DNA of 63,781 nt, counting the filler, from Dirinaria sp. TL-2023a (taxonomy: Eukaryota): the NCBI GenBank assembly GCA_051941275.1. It is 10 parts of 10 records of this genome, joined end to end, with 100 filler letters (N's around TTAATTAATTAA, not from the genome) between each part and the next. Parts side by side here need not be neighbours in the genome. Positions count along the whole stretch, not along the records: positions 19,200 to 25,491 come from JAVEBF010001502.1; positions 25,592 to 31,882 come from JAVEBF010001503.1; positions 31,983 to 38,271 come from JAVEBF010001504.1; 7 more parts are not named here. One strand, given 5' to 3'. The notes under the pieces are model-generated. The model was not told where the DNA came from and ran no database searches. It worked only from the letters and a program-made list of their open reading frames with translations. The position numbers and the translations under genes were made by a program. Below, piece after piece: positions 24,387 through 36,874 of this stretch (positions within the stretch are counted from its first letter, which is position 1; the number at the start of each line of letters is the position of its first letter).

Positions 24387-26542
24387 GTTCGCTTCGTGTA
24401 CAATTCGAGTGTAGTAGGGTCTCCTCGAAGAAGAACGAAGCGAATTAGAGTGCAAAGCAAATCGACGAGACGCTCTTAGTATTTGGAAGCCTATGGTGGC
24501 AGAAATATGTCAAAGCTGGTTTGAAACTGTGAGAGTTTCTTGATTGCTAGATGTGGGCGAGATTCCATAAAGTCCGGAAGCTTGAACAGTGACGTTAGGT
24601 GGCTAAGGTAAGGTAAGGCACATGTAGGTAGGAAACTTAAGCCAAGGGTTACACCAGAGTAAGGTAAGAAAACACCCAGAATCTTATCATATCTAATCTA
24701 GATCCGCCCCTTCACCCAACGTTACAGTACTGTAATCCAATTATCCAAGGTATCTAAGTACTTCACTAAGGTAGGTGCATGGAACCTTACATAAGGTAAA
24801 GGTAGGTCAGCGTACCTACCTTACCTAAGATACTACCACTTCCTTAGGCCGACGATGAGGATCACCTGTACGTGGTGTCGGCTACGAACCTATTGCAATG
24901 CCTATAGAGCCAAGGATCCTCCTGACGATGAGGACATAGTGGAAGCAGTGTGTCCTCGTGGTGACAACTGTGGCCTGATCTGCTACACGCGTCTGGACTC
25001 GAAATTCGCGTCGTCAACGTCGATTGTTCTAAGTCAAGAGAGAAGGTAGAAGAAAGAGCTTGACTTGTTTCACGCGGCTCCGCCTTCAGCGACATCGATA
25101 CTGTTACTGCCGAGAACATCCCCTTCGATTCATTCTTCATCAGCTACAGTACTATGTTTTATAGACTGCTAGCAAGTCCTCCTCGATATTCAACACGTCA
25201 CGAGTACTACGATTTAAGAGATGGAGACCTCGATATTACGAATACAAAGATGTTAATAGACCGAGAAAGAGCTTCAGTTCTAGAGGTTGTTTCTTTACTT
25301 GTTTTCACAGGATGAACCATGAGAATCGAAACGCTCCTCTGAAGTGACAGAAGAAGACGTCGATTAGAGGACCGAGGCGATTGTGCCGAAGGAAGCCACT
25401 CATTAGAAACATCATTATTATTACAGAGAAACCATAGATAGTTAGTTCATGGCCGCATAGCTAGTCGGGAGACGGGCTCCGAGTGCCTAATNNNNNNNNN
25501 NNNNNNNNNNNNNNNNNNNNNNNNNNNNNNNNNNNTTAATTAATTAANNNNNNNNNNNNNNNNNNNNNNNNNNNNNNNNNNNNNNNNNNNNATCTTTTAC
25601 TTGACAGGTTTGGTGAGATGGGTGGTTGATATGGGGCCGGAGATAAGAAAAGGGATAGGGAAGGGAAGGGGGGGAGTGATGGATTGAGAAAAGAGGTAGA
25701 GGGGATGATTTATGATTAGATGCTTTTTGGGATGTTTGGGTTTGGGTTTGGGTTTTGGATGAGAGGATGGAGGGTAGATCCTTCATGAGAACGTTGAAAA
25801 CGGACTTGTATCAGCTCTCCCTTGAACGCATGAAGTAGAGAAGAAAGACAGAAAAAAAGAAAATAGCATCCAATGCCCCTCCTAACTTTATTTTATATAC
25901 ATATAGCAACAGACATCCCCTCATCCCACCCAAAAAAAAGAGAGAGAAAGCAAGAGCCTCGAAAGGGAGGAACTTTTCTTCAAAATCTCGAGTTTGTAAT
26001 GCAGATTGTGTGCTGTGAATGGGGAAGGAATAAAAGGAGAAGATTCTTACCTGAAGAGAGGGGCTGTGGGGAAGGTGGATTGGTAGACGTTTTTATTCGT
26101 TTGGAATAAGCAAGTGGAGTAGGATGAGCCGAGTCAAGTCCCACGCAGTTCAGCGAAGAAGGATCAAAGAGCTTGTATTTGGCGCAACTCTCTCCCGATC
26201 CCTCTCTTTCTCGAAGGAAAAAAAAAAAAAAGGCTGTCCGCGGAACAATGGCTTTGTTTTCCACACATGGAAAAGGAGGAAAAATGGGAAGAACAAACAG
26301 AGACTCTGTTCTCCTCAGCCTTTATATAATCTTGTCAAGCCCCCTTATTATCCCTTTTCGCCAACGTCGCCGCAGTCGTGTGCTCTTTTTCCTTCGAAAG
26401 TAATTTCGGTCTCGGTGGATACACATATACTCTAAAACTTTCCCCCCCCCGGGGCTGCGTTGATACTCCCTTTCAACTTATCTTTAAAGAGAGAATTAAC
26501 GCAGAATCCCCAAGGGAAAGAAAAGAAAGCGGATACAGAAAC

Positions 26543-26896
26543 ATGTGCCACATCCTACTCAGCACAGCCCGGCTCTGCAGCCACGAATGCAGCCGCGAGC
26601 TGATCACCGACTGCTTCTCCGCTTCTTCCCCTCCCCCCACAAACCATCATCACATCACATTCTCAAAAGCGATTCATCCGAGGATCGTTTGCTGCGAAGC
26701 GTGTGTTTCTCAAGCTGTCGCTGCGCTGGGGAGGGTGTATAAGGTGAGGGAAAAGGGGGTGAGTGGAGAGGAGCTAGAGTTGATAAGGGATGAGATGGAG
26801 GATGAGATCAGCGCTTTGAGAGAAATTTGCGGGGGTTCGAGGGGGAGGAAGAGGAAGTGGGATGAAGTGGGGGTGGTTGAAGAGGTTGATATATGA
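26543..26896 (+). CDS. Small hypothetical Cys/His-containing protein (117 aa)
   Basis: MCH..LCSH..DC...CCEAC followed by a charged helical C-terminus and a GRKRKW basic motif. TATATAA lies about 220 bp upstream. Confidence 0.5.
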   Translation: MCHILLSTARLCSHECSRELITDCFSASSPPPTNHHHITFSKAIHPRIVCCEACVSQAVAALGRVYKVREKGVSGEELELIRDEMEDEISALREICGGSRGRKRKWDEVGVVEEVDI

Positions 26897-27904
26897 GTAA
26901 GTAGGCTACTGTGAACGGGTAGTATTGGGAGGTTGTGATGGGAGGCTTCTCGTTCGGAAGATGGGGATTTTCGATGAAGATTGGTATTGAAGTTGGAGAG
27001 TACCGTGTCATCAACTTTGGGAGAACTTCTTCATTTCTGCTGGCAATCACGATCCGGCGATTCCACTCATCAACGCGTCATCTGTTTTCCATCCGCCACG
27101 ACATTCAGCAGAGCTGATCTCGATAAGGAAAAAAAGCTGTTCCCCGCATATTATACATGTGCGATGTCCTTAAACTCATTTAGACTTAAGGTGTAGGTTT
27201 CTTGCGTTCGTTCCCTCATGCAGCGCAAGGATATTATCCGCTTCACCCGCAAGGTGGGAGTTCTCGAGAAATGGGTTGTTCTTCAATCATGTCTTCGTCT
27301 AATGGTAAAGTAATGCAACATCTCGGAAAAGCTCTTGTTCCATATTCAGCTCGCCATGCGGACATTGGGCGCTGGCGTGAAAGCAGCTTAGAAGGAACTT
27401 TTCGGATCCACTTGTAGCAAGCAATGAGACTCGCCAGACATTCATAATTTTAGAAGTCTCCGAGATTGTCTCGACGGCCTTCGTCTGCTTAGGAAATATT
27501 TTTACCCTGGTTCGCATAACAATTATGCCTTCAAAGGTAGTGAGGAGCCGATATGTGGAGGTGAAAAGAGTGCGTGGTGGAGAGCGGAGGGACTCACCCC
27601 ACGCGAAAAGTCAATGACGGCTCATATGTGGCATGAATATGCCTGTTGACCCCCAATGTCCACCTGATGACCAATGTCAATCACCTCCACCTCTTGCTTA
27701 TCGCTAGACAAGGTTCGTGAACAACCGTCAGCAATTGGCTCGGCCGCTTATCCCGTTAAACGCTCCCCCCGGATCGCCTATTACTTGCATAGGCATATTT
27801 GCGCTCTCTGAGGTTTTCGTATACGTACAATGACTTCTCAAGAGGTTACAAAGTGGTCGCCACAGGCCTTCGATATTGAGAGGCACAGTAGAAGAACTCT
27901 CAAA

Positions 27905-29171
27905 ATGCTTTCGAGGGTCCTTTGCGTTTCGCTCAGCTCCTGCCTCTTCATCGCGCACGCAAAACCGCTGCACATCCCGTACGCTTTCTCCACTCCTTAC
28001 ATCAATATATCGGCTTCATCGTCGACTAACCACCTTGATGTCCAATGCGACTCGCGATACGGGGTCAATCTTGATATACTAGACTGCCGGAATGCCATAT
28101 CAAATTTAAATTCCGGACCTTTGCTGCTGAACCTCGCAGATCGAGACAATCTAGGACCAGGGGAGCATAATCTACCACTACCATATCGAATAATGGGAAG
28201 TAAGTAGTTTGCCGCTCGGATTCACAAGCATTCTCGTTTCAGCAGAGGAGGCTTTGCGCTCTGGGTTACTTACAACAGCCGTAGATTCAGCACATTGCTA
28301 TGTGCAGCCTGTATTGGTAGGAGGGGCAGCCTCGGGGAAAGCAACACTTGATCAGATTAAGTCGGCTGCCGACCATATAGTATCTCGATGCGCGTTCACT
28401 CCCAGCTCAGGTGGTGTTGCGAGGAACATTGGTAATATTGCGATAGCTCGTTCGTTTCATCGAACAGCACTGACCTGTACCTCGTTTAGGACGCGATGGA
28501 AATGTCGCAATCATCTTGGGCAAATATGAACCATCGGTGACATGCCGTGGGACAATCCAGCATTGGCGCTCGTGTATTGCCATCCTGTACAGAATGAATG
28601 CTGGACACGACGAATTATACTTTGGTCCGCAATCGGATGCTCGCTCTCAAGTCGGCCTTCCAGCCATCATTTCATCCGGTAAGCCTGAATACAATGGTAT
28701 AACTGGTTACTGACAAGCCGTGATGTAGATGAAGATAAGTGCGTTGCTCGTATCTTTAGTAGAGCATCGGCAGACACAACCTCTTGGTATGAGCTGTGGG
28801 GTAAAGGATTCTAGATCTCATTTTTCATCTTCTTTTCTATATGCGACACTGGCTGTGAGCGCGCACTCCGGAGATAACGCATATTGTTTTGGTGTCTTAT
28901 CGTCCTGTAATTTCCAGGTCCGAAAGACTAACACAGAGCTGCATCAGAGGCGTTCGTAGCCATCTATTCCGTTTGTGGGAGACATGGTCTCGGAGGCTTC
29001 TATCCTGGCCTAGGTAAGCAGTCATTGCTGACTCTTCGTCGCAGAAGTGAGCTTACAAGACACTCAGGGGACGGACAGAATCTGATTACTAGCTTGAGTA
29101 GTCATCCCGGCGAAGCTACCAACCTTACAATATCGGCTGACATCGGTAATGCAAGTATTACAGAAGTGTAA
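27905..29171 (+). CDS. Secreted cysteine-rich protein with two tandem related domains (effector/KP4-Ecp2-like fold by inference); paralogue A, 6 exons
   Basis: Signal peptide MLSRVLCVSLSSCLFIAHA. Spliced product ...CDSRYGVNLDILDCRNAI..LPLPYRIMG..CYVQP..IVSRC..GGVARNIG..YEPSVTC..SCIAIL..LPAIISS..CVARIF..DTTSWYELWEAFVAIYSVC..GG. All introns GT-AG with branch sites. Confidence 0.8.
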
Positions 29172-29853
29172 AATGGGGCTGAATGAGATATGCTTCGTTT
29201 TCAGACCAACCTCACCCAATTGACTCTTTAATCTCGTAGCCTCCATCTGCTCCTTCATGTCTCGAATGGAGCCTGCGAATGGCTTATAGGAGCGGGAATG
29301 GACCCACTGACACTCTACGAACATGGGACATCTAAGTGCCACAAGCTGTCTGCCTTGTGGACACCTCGGTTATTGGACCAGCTACGAAGCTGGTAGAGAT
29401 AAGTTCGCTCATTGTCGGTCGGCTTGGAGATGGTAGGTGTTTGGGAAAATGACATGGTTCTATGAGTGGCCATCAGGGACAACCGTCCGATGCAAAAGTC
29501 CAAAGCTTTACCGGTGATCTTCAAGTGTATTCCCTTATCATCCGGCGGGTCTAGAATCGAGATACCATGAGCTTTAGAAGGAAAACGCGCCGCAGAAGCG
29601 AGGACAGATAAGTAACAACATGAACTATTGATACCCGTGATCTGCTTAGACAAGACGCTTCCTGAAGGCGCGCTTGAGGGATCTTCCAGCCTCGCGTCGA
29701 ATAGAGAATTGTATGCGGCGGCAATAATACGCGCAAGATTGTCGCATAATTGTCCGATGGTTTATCCGCTTTGAGTATCTAGATTAGATTCCATTCCGAG
29801 GAAACGACCTAACTCTCTGCCTGATATGTTCCAGCTGGCCGATTCTCACAACA

Positions 29854-30980
29854 ATGCCATTGAGACTTTCGATATATGTGGTTGTTCAAATTTTAACTTG
29901 GAGTTTTGTCAGGTCTCTGCCATCCGCGAGAGAAACTTCGCTGCTTGACACTTCCACCAATGCTTCTCTTACCACCAGACCCAGGATCACGTGCGATGCA
30001 CATCGATTTGGTTTTGATCCAGACCTTGCAGATTGCAGAGACGCGCTTTCGGCTATACCGGTCATTCGCTCGAGAATAACATTCATGGATCGTGAAATTG
30101 TGCCGCCGCAACGAGGTGGGAATTTGATGCCGTTACCATTTCGACTTATGGGCCGTAAGCCAAGTTCTCACACTTCGATACAAGGTCGATGTTGCTAAAA
30201 GTGAGAAGAGGCGGCGCGTTGCTACTTCGAGGTAATTCTCACGGGTTCGGCCACAGTCGGCGTAGCAAGTGTGAGCGAGATTGACAATGCTGCGTCGGAG
30301 CTCATATCCAACTGTGCGTTCCGGGCAGACTCCGGTGGGCTAGCTACTCATATAGGTTCGCTACCCCTTAAATATCGTGGGCGAGATTGATCCAAAGTAT
30401 GCTAGGCGACGACGAGAATGTTGCAATTGTCCTGGGGACCTACCAGCCTTCTATCCGTTGTCTGGGGACGATCGCAGCGTGGGAATCTTGCCCTGCTATA
30501 CTGTACTCGATGGAAGCTACGACAAGATCCGAAGTTTTTGGCCTTGGATCGGACCCAAGGAGCGAGGTTGTCCTACCGGCTATCGTTTCTTCAGGTAAGT
30601 GCGTCCCAGGTCCGGAATCGAACTGTTAGAAGTCCTGACACTGCTTGTTCAAGACCGTGGCTTGTGCGAGATGCGAGTCTTTACTACGAGAGATTCAGAT
30701 ACCACCTCGTGGTACGAGCTTTGGGAGGCTACAGTGGCGTTATATCACGCTTGTGCAAAGCAAGATAAAGGCGGAGTTTTCTCTCGTCTTGGTCAGTTTG
30801 GAGAGAAGTAAAGCTGTTTTTGCATACCAGCAGGTGCTGATTCGGACAGGTGATACACATAAGTTATTTCTTAGTTTGACCGGGTCAGCGCGCTTGTCGG
30901 TTGGCTCGCATAACGTGACCATGGAAGCATTGGAGAAGAACGCCAGCCTTCCCGTTGCGGAGCAGATTCTAGTCTCCTGA
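29854..30980 (+). CDS. Secreted cysteine-rich protein, paralogue B (5 exons)
   Basis: Signal peptide MPLRLSIYVVVQILTWSFVRS. CDAHRFGFDPDLADCRDAL..MPLPFRLMG..CYFEV..LISNC..GGLATHIG..YQPSIRC..SCPAIL..LPAIVSS..CEMRVF..DTTSWYELWEATVALYHAC..GG. Colinear with paralogue A. Confidence 0.82.
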
Positions 30981-33077
30981 TTGATTGGTAGCTGAAGGAG
31001 ATTCCAGCGCGTCATGATTGAATGGCATGGCTTCGACCATTTGAGCACCAACTAGAAGGTTCTGCTTGATTCTGTGTTAATGTGTCTGTAAGAATATCGA
31101 GTCAGCTTAGCAGATTTCAAGAGCCTTTGGCTTGGCCAAATGTGAATGAAACACTTACATGAAGCTCATGGAATCTTTTCGCTGTTCGACAGTCATGAGA
31201 ATGCCACAAAAAGGTGCCTAGTTTGGTAGAGGGAAGTGTCTAGAAGCCGATGCCGGGTCGTCAGGGTCATTGATGTCACCTCCGGTGTGCATTCGCCATT
31301 CCGTACACAAAGAAATATCCTCACCTCAATCCATCTAACAGCCCAATACCCAACATAATTCCAATATGTATTCTCTCTTCTAGATCTTCAAACCCCATCT
31401 CAGCAGTTCTTCAAACCCTATATAACACGACGAAGATAGACGATATCTTCCGCACCTCCTCTAACATCCACAACATCTTCAACATCGCCATCGATATCAT
31501 GTTACAGAAACTCCCTTTGACCCATCCACCCACTACTCTATATATCAGCAACTGAGGTAGAGAGAGTTATTTGACACCTAGGGCAGCATTTCAAGGCAGT
31601 TTTTGCGTGATATGTAGTCATCTCTGCCTATCGAAGAGGCTCAAAATCGCGAAGATTAAGATTATGGTTTTTGACAATGCTTGTCCATGGGAAATGGAGG
31701 CACTTTCGTCTACCGAGCTTAGTACGAGGTCTTGCTGTAAGGTAAGGTAAAGTGAAGTAGGTATCGTTACCTTTGCCTTGAAGTAGGTGATGAAGTCAAG
31801 GGTGCATTAACCCTACAAAGACCCTAAAATCCAAAACCCCTCTCTTGTTCCATTCTACTACCCCTTCATCCCACAATCATCCNNNNNNNNNNNNNNNNNN
31901 NNNNNNNNNNNNNNNNNNNNNNNNNNTTAATTAATTAANNNNNNNNNNNNNNNNNNNNNNNNNNNNNNNNNNNNNNNNNNNNGGGTGGGGGAAAGGGGAT
32001 TCTGAAGAGCGTGGGAAGGGACAGGGATGGGAGGTTGAGGGTCGTGAATGAATGAATGAATGAATGCCATTCGGAGCCCGAGGGGGCTGGGGCATAAAAG
32101 GCAGGAGTTCAGGACCCTGGAGACTGGAAAAATGGAAAATCATATGGGAGTGGACCCCAAGGAGGGTGATCAGGCAGAGGATATTTGTTTTCTCCAGACA
32201 TCTACCTCCCAAGCCCAGCAGGCAAGTACATCCATACAGTACTGTAAGCTACAGTACGAGCGTCCACAGTACCTTCCCAGTATTCTCTCGCGAGAGAGAA
32301 ACTGGAAGCTTTTTCTTTTTTTTTTCTTTTATGGTGGATACAAATCTCCACCACCAACCTCTGCCAGCATCGGCTCCTCAATCCCGTCTTATCTGTACCT
32401 ATCTATCTATCTGTTGTACATAAAATATATTACAGTTACGTTCTAAAATCGTTTTAAAGTAATGACGCTGCGGAATCCTGATCAATTCTATAGAGGACAC
32501 ACAGAGGGGAGGGGGTTGCTTTTTCGATTTGAATCCGCGTGGAATATTCTCTTGTTCGTCTTTCATTCATGAGTACTTGTAGAACTGGAACGCATTTTGA
32601 GTTTGAATACGAGTACAGTAGTTATGTGCGATATCAGAGAATAAGAGTTCGGGGGAGGCTCTGGCGCGCATGTCGTCGCATGGGATATATATTGAATATT
32701 CAAGGCTTGGGATTTCTGCGGGCTCATTCATAACCAACATCTGCATGGGCGAATCGGAGAAAATGCGTATGTTGAACAAATGTAAACATATTGAATTCCA
32801 ATATCCTTCAAAATATTTGAACGAATTTCTGTAGAGCGAGGGGTATCTGACGCTCTACTCTGATGGGGGTTGAACGTATTTGACGATATATAAGGTAAGG
32901 TATGAAAACGAGAGGATTTTCCCGCGCAGGTTGGTATAAAATACCCTAACTGGCCTGCCGCAGGAAAGAGGGGAAGGGGTATCGTCTGATCCAAAAAAAA
33001 CTTTGCTTTGTATGAAAGCTACGCCGTCGCAACTTTCGTTCCAGAAAACCGCCATAGTGTATCCCGTCCACAAACTT

Positions 33078-34946
33078 CTACGCTCGCTCGGACATGTCTT
33101 CGATGGGAACTTTCTCGCCGGGAGGGGAATCCTCGCCTTCGACGCCGATGATGAGTTGCGCTTTGACGCGCGGGCCGGTGTAGTAGAAGCGGCCGGCGGC
33201 GTACCAGTAGATGACTGCGAAGAGCATGACGGCCACGATCAGGACGGTGACGTAGTTCATCTGGTCACAGATATTTGATTTTAGCAGAAAAGATTGAAGA
33301 AAATCACGTGATTGAATTGTTTTTCAAATACTGAGAGGAAAAGAGAATGATAATGGGTTTTGAAGGGACGGAAAACTTACATTCTCAGCAGTCACCGGCA
33401 TTATCGTGGGGAAGACGTAGATGACCGTGACGAAAGTGGTCCAAATGACTGCCCATGCGTTTATATACGGGCTGGCCTTCCCCAGGTGCATGGGTCCTCG
33501 CTCGAAGCGGCCGCCGAAAAGTTTGCAGATGATGGGAATGCAGTAGGACCAATCGAGCGCGATGGCCGTCAAGTTGAAGATGGCGGCGATGGCCGTGTAC
33601 GAACCGAGACCAATGAGATTGATCAGCACGCAGCAGAGACAGAACAGCCAGACCGAGTACAAAGGTGTATCCGTCAGCGGGCTGACCTGGTACCAGATGC
33701 GCGAGCCGGGCAACATCTCGTCTCTCGCGTACGCCCAGATGGTCCGCGAGCCGGCTTGAATGGCTGTGATGGCCGTGAAATTCAACACGATGAACGCAGC
33801 TACCGTAAAAAAGATCCCGCCGCCTTTCCCAATGACGTCGTAGAAGATTTGCGCCACGGGTTGCTCCACAGGCGAATCGAGGATTGCTGCGGGGTCACCC
33901 ATACAGTATGCCAGCACGATGGTGAAGAGCCAACCTCCGACGTAAGTAAAGCCCAAAGCTGTGGCGATCGACCACGCGGCTTTGATTTCCGGGTCTTTGA
34001 TCTCCTCAGCAATGTGCGCCGTCGCGTCGTAATCCGTCATGGTCCAAGACGCGGACAGGAACCCGAAAAGAAAGGACCAGCCTGTGGGCGACCAGCCAGA
34101 GTCATTGTAGACTGTAGTCCAGACGTATGACGAGCTATGTTTGTCCTTCTTCATCACCAGAAGGGTTATACAGCAGCTTACGAGAATGGCGACATGCCAG
34201 ACTACGTAGGTTTTTGTGATTTTCTCAAGCCAACTGGTTTTCAAGCTGTTGATGACCGTATGCAGCGCTGTTACTGCTGCCATGACGCCTACGGTCTGAC
34301 GGTCCGTGGGAATGTAAGTGAAGTTCGAACCCATGGAAGCAGCTGCCAAGAGCAATTGGGCGCATCCATATTCGCTCGATGCAGCGCCGGCAATTTGTCC
34401 CAGCAAATTGAGCCATCCACAAAGCCAACTGATTTCCGGCACCCAGTTCTCCGGCGCAAGGTATTTGCAGGTAAAATACAGTCCGCCGCATGTAGGGTAT
34501 GCGGAGACCAGCTCGGCGACAGAAAGCGCAATGCAGTAGCATCCAAAGCCCGATATCAACCAGCCCCAGACCGCAGAAGGCGCACCTCCCGCCTCCAATG
34601 GATAGATAAATGTCGTGGAAACACTGGCAAAAAGGCCAGAAATCGATAGGGCGAAGGAGAAACAGGAAAGCCATGAAAACTCCCGCTTATATACCTAAGG
34701 CTCGTAGCGCAGTCAGCAGGCGGAGGCGCTCTAGAAGAGAGCACGAGAAAGGCTAACTTGCACATAGCCCATCTCCGCCAGACGGCGGTCGGCGGCGCTG
34801 AGCTCCTCATGGTTGAGGACTTGCGCATTGGGGTCTACCACAGACGATTTCCGATGGTCCATCACCGATCTTTTGCGGGTAGTTGCGTCGCCCTTGGCCT
34901 CGACATCCGTCGGCAAGTAACCCTGAGACATGGCGCGTTCAGCCAT
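33078..34946 (-). CDS. APC-superfamily amino acid/polyamine/GABA permease (Uga4/Tpo5-like), 3 exons
   Basis: LAEMGYVQVYKREFSW; AGGAPSAVWGW; SVAELVSAYPTCGGLY; GWLNLLGQ; WTMTDYDATAHIAEEI; SRTIWAYARD; FERGPMHLG; PVTAENMNY. Exons 34946-34758, 34694-33381, 33260-33078. Confidence 0.93.
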
Positions 34947-36874
34947 GGTTCGCAATGGTTCTGAAAAAAATACAGACGACACACAATTGAGAGAGAGAGA
35001 AAAAGGCAGAGAGCCTGACCTGAGTGGCCAAAAGCGTGGGACTTGGCTAGACTTAAGAAAATTGCACCCCATAGCCAAATCCTAGCGTTACCTCGGAGAA
35101 TGTGCCTAATGCATAATTGCGAGTAGTGCCTCGTGGGCTGCCAGTCCGCCTCGGTCCTGGGTGCGGGCCTCTGGTTTCCTTGCACCCAGGTCGCTGGTAG
35201 GTCTTCTAGCATCTGCAGAGGGCCCCGGCCGGTCGCTGTTAGGCTTCGCTTTGCCCCATGCTGACAGCCGTCAATTGGCTGCTCTGGCCCGAAGCACCCC
35301 ACACCGCATCAGGGTTTATCTCATTCTTGCAGCGGTCTGCCAGTTGGGATCGACTCTCGGGTCACGAGAGCTTACCTATGGGGTCTGTTTTGAAGATCCG
35401 TCGTTCAAACTCCCTACTAGTATCAACTATCATATCCCAAATCTCGACCGGAGCGCAGCGCAGCGCAAAGTAAGAGGAGACTAGGGCTGCTTCTTTTGGG
35501 AGCCGCAAAGGCGTTTTCCCACCATGGCTTTGGCGCCGTTTTGGTTGGTCAAAAGCTTCAGAGCGAAGGATGAAACTCAGGTAAGTGCCGTTCAACGTGC
35601 CGGCATATCTGAGGGTTATGGTAGGGTTCATTTCTGTGCCGAGAAGTAAGACGGAGTTCGCCGTCTTCGGATTCTGTCTATCTTACCTACCTTAGTGAGC
35701 TAGTGTCTACCTACCTTACTTACCTCAGATAGCTCCCTTGCCTGCGAGAATTGGCTAGGGGCATGCCCAAATCAAGAAGATCAGACTGAAAACTGAAAAA
35801 TAGATGGGCTGGAAGTCGCAGATTTTTGGAAGCAGTGCCTCAGCAATGAAGGTAGCTGAGTGACTTGACGAGCGTTTGCCAACGGTGAGCTGATGCATTC
35901 TTTTTTGGTTGTATCGATGACTTGGTCGATCAAACGGTGCTGGAACTGGCATACTTTTTAGAATTTTGATATACGCCAAGACCGCCGGTCATTTCCTGCG
36001 AAGAATATCTATCCTCTGTGGCGTTATGTGATCGCTCGACCATTGCTTCTACATTCTGTTGGAATATTTGTTTCTTCAGCGATTTACACGTATTTTGTGA
36101 CTAATTGAGCAAAATTGTCCTTTTCAAAGGCGGTTTCTTTCATTTGTGTCATTGTGATTGGCGGTCAATTCTCATTTTGTCGTTCTTTTTTATCAAAATT
36201 GATCATGGTCGCATTCAAGGCACTCGCAGGATAGAAGGACCAGGCTTATTTGAAGCGTTCTCATTTCTTCTTTCCTCGAACCAACGTTATACAGGAAGAC
36301 AGCTCAGCAATGGTTTGTGCTGGACGTTGGGGCAACGACTTATTACTTTTCCTGCGGTTCTGGTGGCCGTGATAAGGAATCCATCCATGAGAGTACAGTG
36401 GTCGACTTTTTAGCCATGGAGCAGGGCAAGCAAAGTCTCGTCAAAAATTATGGAAGGTTTCCATGGGTTATCCTAGCTTTACTCAGGGTTGGTAGTTGAT
36501 TAGACGCATTTTGTCACTGCATCCCCGATATTCCAAAACTTTAAATGTTGTTGATGTTGACGTACTAGGCGAACACTACTCAGTAACGGAAATATCAACA
36601 TGACGTCGAGCAGCAAGCTCCAGATTAAACACTCGGATGATCAGATTGAGAGACCAATCTATGTGCGGTTACGACTCAAGCATTAGGCGTTTCGCGCTTC
36701 TACCAGCCGCTCTCAGAGAACATCCCGACGTGGGGCGTTCTATTCTTAAGCGGATAGCCGCAACCCGTCCTACAAATCTTATCATTACCTAGCACGCATA
36801 CAAATATGTCACCGATCGCACGCATATTCGGCCTCTTGAATTGTTTGTCATAGCTGCCTTTGGCCGTATGTGCA

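Noticed and set aside
24855..25440. Cys-containing ORF fragment MRITCTWC...CPRGDNC followed by a stop-riddled frame
   Set aside because: Too degraded to assign; no recognisable family.
25735..25758. (TTTGGG)n telomere-like tract; also (GAAT)n at ~32046 and (GCGTG)n at ~45317
   Set aside because: Only 3-5 units and not TTAGGG; ordinary microsatellites.
33360..34649. Long + strand ORFs (256 aa and 170 aa)
   Set aside because: Antisense shadows of the GC3-rich permease gene, with no protein-like motifs.
34947..35078. In-frame upstream ATG (MGCNFLKS...) extending the permease
   Set aside because: Runs through pyrimidine-rich UTR-like sequence and lacks the position-6 Ser/Thr of the usual myristoylation consensus. 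No support without TSS data.
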